This document shows, piece after piece, positions 57,414 to 64,000 of a stretch of 64,000 nucleotides of DNA (the first letter of the stretch is position 1; every line of letters begins with the position of its first letter). The stretch comes from Truepera sp. GTDB taxonomy: Bacteria; Deinococcota; Deinococci; Deinococcales; Trueperaceae. Under the pieces are notes generated by a model. The model did not search any database. It worked only from the letters and a program-made list of their open reading frames with translations, and had not been told where the DNA came from. Position numbers and translations under genes: made by a program. The stretch lies in contig CBDCKW010000009.1 of assembly GCA_965218435.1 (NCBI GenBank), forward strand, positions 224,001 through 288,000. Reading direction: 5' to 3'.

Positions 57414-58913
57414 ATGAAAGCACCCCGAGTCGTAGTAACGCTGCTTATGGGCCTGGTGCTGGGTCAGGTTTACGCGCAAAACGAACTAACTCAGAACATT
57501 CACAAGTACACCCTCAAGAATGGCCTCCGCGTCATTATGGTGGTACAAGACTTTGCGCCGGTGATCAACTTTAATTTGATGTTTAACGTCGGCGGCGTTG
57601 ATGAACCCCCCGGTCTCGGCGGCGTCGCGCACATGGTCGAGCACATGGCGTTTAAGGGTACACGTTCGATCGGGTCATATGACATCAAAGCTGAACAAGC
57701 GGCCTTAGAAGAACTCGAGCTTGCAGCCAACACGCTGATCGTCGCCCGTGAAGCGGGCGCGACCGGCAAAACTTTAGAAAGTTTTCAGCAAAAACTGGCG
57801 GACGCTCAGGCGAAAGCGCAAGCTTTAGCGAGTCCGAACGCGCTCGACACGCTTTTTACCGATAACGGAGCCGAAGGGCTCAACGCGAGTACGGCGTATG
57901 ACCGGACCTCGTACGTGGTGTCGCTCCCGGCCAATCGGCTCGAGCTCTACGCCCGCGTCTACGCCGACGTACTGATGAACGCTGTTTTTCGGTCGTTTTA
58001 CGAAGAGCGTGATGTGGTGCGTGAGGAGCGCCGTCAACGCTCGGAAGACTCACCCGATGGGGTGCTGAGCGAAGCGTTTCTCGCTAAAGCGTTCCAAAAA
58101 AGCCGTTACGGTCGCCCGCTGATCGGCTCCGCTGCCGAGATTGCGGACTACACCGAGACGGCTGCGAAGAGCATCTTCGAGACCTTTTACTATCCGAACC
58201 GAGCCGTGCTCGTGCTGGTCGGTGACCTCAAACCGGGGCGCGACCTCAAGGTGATCCGCAAATACTTCGGCGTCGTCCCGAAAGGGCCGGACGTCGCAGC
58301 CGAGCTGCCGGTCGAGCCCAAGCAAACCGCTGAGCGCCGCGTCACCGTGCCTTACGCCGCGGGACCGCAGCTGCTTGTGGGCTACCACAAACTGACCTAC
58401 CCAAACCGTGACGCCTACGTCATGGACGTGCTCGACTATATCTTGGGGCATGGGCGCACAAGCAGGCTCTACCGCGACCTCGTGACGAAGCAGCAACTGG
58501 CCGTCAGTGTGGATACCAGCTCCTCCACACCCGGAACGCGTTACCCGAACCTGTTTACCATCAGTCTCGTGCCGCGAGCGCCGCACACCTCACAAGAACT
58601 CGAGACTGCCCTTTACAAAGAGCTCGCCAAGGTCGGCAAGTCGGGCGTAACCCCCGCTGAACTCAAAAGGGCCAAAACGCTGCTCCGCGCCGACGTGTTG
58701 CGCAGCCTCGCGTCGGGCGAGAGTCTGGCGGCGAATCTGGCCTATAACGAACTCTTTTCCGGCGGCTGGCAAAAACTTTTTGATGACCTGGATACCTACG
58801 ACACCGTAACCGCAGCCGAGCTGCAAAACGCTGTCAACCGCACGTTTACGAAGCAAAACCGGACGGTAGCGACACTCGTCACGAAAGCGACGACCTCGCA
58901 GGAGGGGCAATAA
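57414..58913 (+). CDS. Exported M16 zinc peptidase, catalytic subunit
   Basis: Signal peptide; HMVEHMAFKGT; NASTAYDRT; ERDVVREE. Confidence 0.94.
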   Translation: MKAPRVVVTLLMGLVLGQVYAQNELTQNIHKYTLKNGLRVIMVVQDFAPVINFNLMFNVGGVDEPPGLGGVAHMVEHMAFKGTRSIGSYDIKAEQAALEELELAANTLIVAREAGATGKTLESFQQKLADAQAKAQALASPNALDTLFTDNGAEGLNASTAYDRTSYVVSLPANRLELYARVYADVLMNAVFRSFYEERDVVREERRQRSEDSPDGVLSEAFLAKAFQKSRYGRPLIGSAAEIADYTETAAKSIFETFYYPNRAVLVLVGDLKPGRDLKVIRKYFGVVPKGPDVAAELPVEPKQTAERRVTVPYAAGPQLLVGYHKLTYPNRDAYVMDVLDYILGHGRTSRLYRDLVTKQQLAVSVDTSSSTPGTRYPNLFTISLVPRAPHTSQELETALYKELAKVGKSGVTPAELKRAKTLLRADVLRSLASGESLAANLAYNELFSGGWQKLFDDLDTYDTVTAAELQNAVNRTFTKQNRTVATLVTKATTSQEGQ

Positions 58914-60400
58914 TGGGTTTGATCCAGCGGTTTACGTTTACCCTTTTAGCTTTGACGCTTGTCGGCGGAGTTTTCGCACAAGCGCAGGCTCCCGCTACGC
59001 AGGCTACCGCGCAGGTCAACCTCGAGACCGGCGTTCCCGAAAGCTGGCCCGACCCGGCCAACCTCAAATTTGACGCGGTGACGTTCAAAAGTCCCAAGCC
59101 GCAGCGGACGGTGCTCTCGAACGGTCTGGTGGTCTATCTGTTAGAAGACCACACGTTGCCGCTCGTCAACGGAGCAGCGTTTGTTAAAACGGGAAGTTTC
59201 TACGATCCCAAAGCGAAAATCTCGCTCGCCGAGCTGACCGCCGACCTGATGCGTTCGGGGGGCTCGGCGGGGCGGAGCGCCGACGAGATTGACAACCGCC
59301 TCGAGACCCTCGCGGCGTCCGTCGAAGTCTCAGCCGCCGACCTCTACACCACGGCGAGCTTTTCGGCGCTGACTGAAAACGTCACCGAAGTTTTAGACAT
59401 TTTCGCTGGGGTGTTGGAGAAACCCACCTTTGCGCCTGAACGTATCAAATTGGCCAAAGGAAGTGCGCTCGAGGGCATCCGCCGTGAAAACGACGATCCG
59501 GTTCAAATCGCCGTACGCGAGTTTTTCAGACGTCTCGCGCAGGGGTCGCCCGCTGGGTATGTACCCACAGCAAAAACCGTCAACGCGGTGTCTCGAGCCG
59601 ATATGGTGGCGTTTCATAAGCGTTACTTCAAACCCAACGAAACGGTGTTAGCGGTTAGCGGCGACTTTAGGCGTCAAGAGATGGTGGCGGCGCTCGAGCA
59701 GGCCCTCGGCAGTTGGCGGCGTGGCCCGGTCAGCTATCCTAAGTTGCCCCGTTACAATCCCAATCCGGCTCCGAAAATCTATCACGCCCAAAAAGATGTC
59801 GGGCAGAGCATCATCATTATGGGTCATCCGAGCGCCTACGCATACACACCCGAATACAACCGGCTCGACGTGGCGAACGCCGTACTTGGCGGCGGCGGCT
59901 TTAGCAGTCGGCTTTTTACCGAAGTTCGGACCAAGCGCGGGCTGGCGTACTCAGTCGGGAGTCAGATCAGCCAAGGGTTCGCCTATCCCGGCACCTTCTT
60001 AGTCTTTTCTTTTACCCGCACCGACGCTACGGGCCAGGTGATCGCGCTCCTCAAACAGCAGATGAAAGAGATGGCGGCCAAACCCGTATCAGCAGCAGAG
60101 CTGGCAGTGCAAAAAAGCAACATCTTAAACGGTGCGGTGTTCCGCTTTACCTCGCCGGACGCGATTGTGCAGCGCACAGCGCGAGCAGTTGAGGTTTTGG
60201 GTTTACCCGCCGACTATTTCGACCGTTATATCCAAGACGTTCGGGCCATGACCCCGGCCAAGGTCGAGGCGGTCGCCCGCAAAGATTTTCGCCCGCAAGA
60301 CATGCTGCTGATGGTCGTCGGCGACGCAGCACAGTTTGACCGGCCGTTAAGTGATTTCGGCAAGGTCGAGGAGATCAAGCTCGCCTTACCTACACCCTAA
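58913..60400 (+). CDS. M16 peptidase, non-catalytic subunit
   Basis: Signal peptide; no HxxEH; LGGGGFSSRLFTEVRTKRGLAY; TAATG coupling to the upstream gene. Confidence 0.92.
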   Translation: MGLIQRFTFTLLALTLVGGVFAQAQAPATQATAQVNLETGVPESWPDPANLKFDAVTFKSPKPQRTVLSNGLVVYLLEDHTLPLVNGAAFVKTGSFYDPKAKISLAELTADLMRSGGSAGRSADEIDNRLETLAASVEVSAADLYTTASFSALTENVTEVLDIFAGVLEKPTFAPERIKLAKGSALEGIRRENDDPVQIAVREFFRRLAQGSPAGYVPTAKTVNAVSRADMVAFHKRYFKPNETVLAVSGDFRRQEMVAALEQALGSWRRGPVSYPKLPRYNPNPAPKIYHAQKDVGQSIIIMGHPSAYAYTPEYNRLDVANAVLGGGGFSSRLFTEVRTKRGLAYSVGSQISQGFAYPGTFLVFSFTRTDATGQVIALLKQQMKEMAAKPVSAAELAVQKSNILNGAVFRFTSPDAIVQRTARAVEVLGLPADYFDRYIQDVRAMTPAKVEAVARKDFRPQDMLLMVVGDAAQFDRPLSDFGKVEEIKLALPTP

Positions 60401-60463
60401 CGTTCCAAAGCTTACCGGCTCGTCAGTACATTTTTCCTGACATGCTCGGCGTAAGCTTAGAGG

Positions 60464-61246
60464 ATGTTACTGGCTTTTGATTTAGATAACACAGTCGTCA
60501 CCCGTGGCGACGAGATTCCGCCCCGCATCTTGGCGGTAGTTGAGGCTGCCAAAGCTGCGGGGCACTCGGTCGCCGTCTTAACCGGTCGCCCGAACGCCTC
60601 GGCGTTGCCGTTTGTCGAACAGCTCGGTGTGACCGGCCCCTACGCGGTCAACCACGGCGCAGTCGTGTTCGGCGCGGACGGTGAGATTTTAAGTCGTTCG
60701 CTGATCGCTGCTGCGGACGCCTCTAAGCTGATTCAAACGTACGGGACCGAGCAGGGGCTCGAGTACGCCTTTATGAAAGATGACGATATCTTTGCTAGGG
60801 ACCCGCACGACCCACGTTGGGGGTGGGCACATACCTTAAACCGTAACGTTTTGGCCTTTGACCCGGACGCCGTCGAAGACGCCGACAAGGTGGTCTTTGA
60901 AGCCGACCGAGAAGGCCCGCGACTGCTTCTCGAGCTGAGCCGCGACTACCCCAAACTAATGACCTACAGCTGGTCCGACGGATTTTTTGAAATCACCGGC
61001 GAAGGGGCCGATAAAGGCACCGCGCTCGCCCGGATCAGCCGCGAACTCGGCGTTGCGCAGGCCCACACGGTGGCTTTTGGTGACGGCGTGAACGACGTCG
61101 AGATGATGCGCTGGGCGGGGCGCGCCGTTGCGGTGGGGCGGGCGCACCCCGATGTGCTCGCCGCTTCGGACGACCATGTTGCTGAACCTGAAGAGGGCGG
61201 TGTAGCGGACTGGCTCGAGCAAAACCTGCTCAGCGTCGGGGTTTAG
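60464..61246 (+). CDS. Cof-type HAD hydrolase
   Basis: AFDLDNT, LTGR, DKG, AFGDGVNDVEM. Confidence 0.94.
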   Translation: MLLAFDLDNTVVTRGDEIPPRILAVVEAAKAAGHSVAVLTGRPNASALPFVEQLGVTGPYAVNHGAVVFGADGEILSRSLIAAADASKLIQTYGTEQGLEYAFMKDDDIFARDPHDPRWGWAHTLNRNVLAFDPDAVEDADKVVFEADREGPRLLLELSRDYPKLMTYSWSDGFFEITGEGADKGTALARISRELGVAQAHTVAFGDGVNDVEMMRWAGRAVAVGRAHPDVLAASDDHVAEPEEGGVADWLEQNLLSVGV

Positions 61247-61403
61247 CGAGAGGTATAGAACGCCTGAGCTACAGGGCGGTTCGGCTTGCTTTTTTAGTAT
61301 CCGTAACCGTGAGTAAGCTGCCATAAAAAGCGGTACAAAAGTTTGTAGTTTTGCGTACGTCCATGCCTAGTTTCTCATCAGCTAGGTCGTCTACTATAGG
61401 GCT

Positions 61404-61694
61404 ATGGGGGATTGCCAAAAAATACTACAACCGGAGGCCCGTATACCGGAAAAAGGTGTGGCGGTGCAGGCGCTCGAGCATCTGCGCGGGTTATTACCCT
61501 CTTACCGGGACTTTTGCGGCGCGGCACCCTACTACTACGCCGCCGGTGAGGTGCAGCGGCTAGAACATCAGCTTATCGAGATTTATTCGGCGGACGAACT
61601 TACACATATGTCTGAAGTGATTCAGCTCCAGCTCGTGGGGATGGTCTACGCAATTCGTGAGGCTAAAGGGTGCGGGGTTGAGCTGGACGGGTAA
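61404..61694 (+). CDS. Hypothetical protein
   Basis: Leaderless-type TACTAT-N6-ATG; helical composition. Confidence 0.5.
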   Translation: MGDCQKILQPEARIPEKGVAVQALEHLRGLLPSYRDFCGAAPYYYAAGEVQRLEHQLIEIYSADELTHMSEVIQLQLVGMVYAIREAKGCGVELDG

Positions 61695-62117
61695 GTTTGC
61701 TTTAACGCTTAGCTCAATCGGTTTAAGATGTTCTCCAAGTGCTCTGTGAAAGAAGTAAGCATTGAGAAGTCGGTAGTCAGAATTCGGTAGTTGCTGGCTT
61801 AACCGAGAAATAGCGCGTTTCACGCGTAAACTGTAACAGCTGAAGCAAAACTCAATACAGCTCTATAAAACTCGTTGCCGCTGCGCCGTACGAACGGCTA
61901 CCGGACAGTCACCAAACGGACACTATGTGCTTTTTCGGCCTAAATCTCGGCTCTAGCTTAGGGTTTGGCCCTTACTGTATCTTACCTTACGGTTTGGGGG
62001 TTATGATCCTAACGCTGCAAGGCGCACTCAACCCGCTGATTTTAGGATATTGACCACCGCTCATCCTAACTTCCGCAGGTATTGACGCTAGCTCTCGGCG
62101 TATAAATTAATGCGTAA

Positions 62118-62135
62118 ATCGGAATCATTCCTAAT
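62118..62135. promoter_or_regulatory. Fur/PerR-type operator upstream of dps
   Basis: 7-1-7 palindrome TCGGAAT-C-ATTCCTA just downstream of TTGACG...TATAAATT. Confidence 0.55.
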
Positions 62136-62197
62136 ATGTAATCTGGCTCCAATTGCCCTTGTAGCGGCGCGTTAAACTAACGTTTGGAGGTTTGAAC

Positions 62198-62704
62198 GTG
62201 ACAACTACAGCAAAAGTAATGACCTTTGATACCCGAATTGACATTGAAGCCGACGTTCGTAACGAACTGATCGGTGTCCTCAATCAGCAACTTGCCGACG
62301 CCACGGACCTTTTCACTCAGACCAAGCAGTCGCACTGGAACGTCAAGGGTTCGGATTTTATCCAGCTTCACGAACTCTTCGATATGCTCGCCAAAATCCC
62401 CCGTAAGCAGTCGGATAAACTCGCCGAACGTGCTACGGCGATGGGCGGCATGGCCCTCGGCACAGTGCGCATGGCGGCGCAGAACTCGACCCTGCCCGAG
62501 TACCCGGTTGACACGGTTGAAGGCATGGCCGTCGTTACCTTGATGGCTGAGCGTTGGTCCGCTTACGCCGCTTCGACCCGCGCTGCGATTCGCCGCTGCC
62601 AAGAACTCGGTGAGCCGTCAACTGAAGACCTCTTTACCGAGCTTTCGCGCGAGATTGACGAAGCGCTCTACTTCCTCGAGGCGCACCTGCAGAGCAGCAA
62701 ATAA
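62198..62704 (+). CDS. dps: Dps (DNA protection during starvation) ferritin-like protein
   Basis: KQSHWNVKG.DF..LHELFD, D.LAER, LYFLEAHL; GGAGG RBS. Confidence 0.95.
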   Translation: MTTTAKVMTFDTRIDIEADVRNELIGVLNQQLADATDLFTQTKQSHWNVKGSDFIQLHELFDMLAKIPRKQSDKLAERATAMGGMALGTVRMAAQNSTLPEYPVDTVEGMAVVTLMAERWSAYAASTRAAIRRCQELGEPSTEDLFTELSREIDEALYFLEAHLQSSK

Positions 62705-62720
62705 GGTCTGAAGCGTTTCT

Positions 62721-62748
62721 AAGCGGGTCTTGATGATCCGCTTTTTTT
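62721..62748 (+). terminator. Intrinsic terminator of dps
   Basis: AAGCGGGTC-loop-GATCCGCTT followed by a T tract. Confidence 0.85.
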
Positions 62749-62894
62749 GTGTTCCGTTTTTTTGTGTCTCGGCTTTGTGTTTCAGCGCGGGTAGGCCGCT
62801 GAACAGCGGTTAAGCTAAATCCTGTTAAGCTAAATCCTGACTATAGTAGTAGACATTAGAAGTTGGAAGACGTTATATTTTAGGTGAGGCTGTA

Positions 62895-63245
62895 ATGACC
62901 AACGACCACAAAACCGCTGTAACCAACCGTACCCGCTACGCGCTTTTAAACGACCGCAGGCGGGCGCTTTTTGAACTGCACAAGCTGACCGAAGCGGTCC
63001 GCTCGCACCCGCGTTACACCGCCGAAAACGAAGCGCATCCGGGACTGGCCGGTCTGGTAGATGATTCTTTAGCGAGCACCTCGGGTGACCTTTGTGGCCG
63101 CGCGTGTCAGGCGAGTTTGGCGGTTTTGGAAAGTGATGTGCGGCGTCTTTACCGGAGCTTGACCGAGCTTGCTAACGTATGGGTTGCACTCACCGATCAA
63201 AAAGATTTAGAACCGCTGGTTGCCACATATTACGAAGCGTTTTGA
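62895..63245 (+). CDS. Hypothetical protein
   Basis: AGGTGAGG RBS; 116 aa, helical composition. Confidence 0.6.
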   Translation: MTNDHKTAVTNRTRYALLNDRRRALFELHKLTEAVRSHPRYTAENEAHPGLAGLVDDSLASTSGDLCGRACQASLAVLESDVRRLYRSLTELANVWVALTDQKDLEPLVATYYEAF

Positions 63246-63381
63246 GAGCCGGGTTTCGTTGACCTTTTGGCCTCCAAAGCTGCCGGCGCTTTTTTCACGC
63301 TTAGAGCAGCTAAAGTACAAAGACTGCTCGAGTAAACTCAACAAAGCTGTAGGGCGACGATCAACAACTCGTCGCCCATTT

Positions 63382-63984
63382 TTATCCCTGCCTGAACGCC
63401 TCCAGCACCTCACGGCGTAGGTCGGCGTCATCCTGAAACACGCCTCGCGTCGTCAGGGTCCGCGTGACCGAGCCCTGCTTTTCCACGCCGCGCATCATCA
63501 TACAGAGGTGACTGGCCTCGGCGACGACCAACACGCCTTTGGGTTTTAGAGTCTGCATCAAGGCGTCGGCAATCTCGGCGGTCAGCCGCTCTTGCACCTG
63601 CAACCGCCGCGAAAACAGGTTGACGATACGGGCAAACTTCGACAACCCCAAAATCGTCTGGTCGGGCACGTAGGCGATATGGACGCGTCCGAAAAACGGC
63701 AGCAGATGATGCTCGCACAAAGAGTAGAAGTCAATATCTCTGACGATGACAAGTTCGGAACCTTCAGCTCTAAACACGGCGTCGCTGACGGTTTGCTCGA
63801 GCGTCAGCGTGTAGCCTTCGGTCAAAAATCTCAGCGAACGTTCGACGCGTTCGGGCGTTTTGACTAGACCTTCACGGGTGACGTCCTCGCCGAGTCCGGT
63901 CAGGAGTTCGGCAATCAGTGGCGCTAACGTCCCCGTAGGCTCGTCCGGGTCAGCTTTGATGGGGGGCGGTAAGGGTTGGCTCAT
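63382..63984 (-). CDS. folE: GTP cyclohydrolase I
   Basis: REGLVKTPERV, SLCEHHLLPF, GLSKFAR, RRLQVQERLT, HLCMMMRGV. Confidence 0.97.
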   Translation of the reverse strand: MSQPLPPPIKADPDEPTGTLAPLIAELLTGLGEDVTREGLVKTPERVERSLRFLTEGYTLTLEQTVSDAVFRAEGSELVIVRDIDFYSLCEHHLLPFFGRVHIAYVPDQTILGLSKFARIVNLFSRRLQVQERLTAEIADALMQTLKPKGVLVVAEASHLCMMMRGVEKQGSVTRTLTTRGVFQDDADLRREVLEAFRQG

Positions 63985-64000
63985 AGGGCTCTCTCTATAT

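Overview
Bacterial chromosomal window, most likely Deinococcota (Truepera-like). This is inferred from the RpmH and SdhC N-termini, a stand-alone gatA, many leaderless TANNNT-N5-9-ATG starts and a strong excess of CTCGAG. Most of the window is housekeeping: ispF, carB, pheA, rsmD, an NhaP-type antiporter, a Crp-family regulator, mrpA-G, an M32 carboxypeptidase, a dynamin-like GTPase, rpmH-rnpA-yidD-yidC-jag, gatA, sdhCDAB, an M16 peptidase pair, dps and folE. The most unusual region is 29-39 kb. Two surface lipoprotein genes there share a near-identical 756-bp N-terminal block but have unrelated C-terminal tips. Between them lies a ~3.9-kb array of six or seven toxin-antitoxin-type modules, with junctions marked by a conserved paired site, AACC-CTCGAG-N22-26-CTCGAG-C. 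No recombinase gene is visible, and several toxins are decayed while their antitoxins are intact. Other unexplained items are a three-copy dispersed palindromic repeat (one copy inside the mrp operon, within an ORF coupled to both neighbours), a ~315-nt nested-stem candidate ncRNA at 3.1-3.4 kb, an IS110 transposase remnant, and a tandem hotdog-fold gene divergent from a membrane GGDEF-EAL gene. All calls were made by eye; no searches were run.
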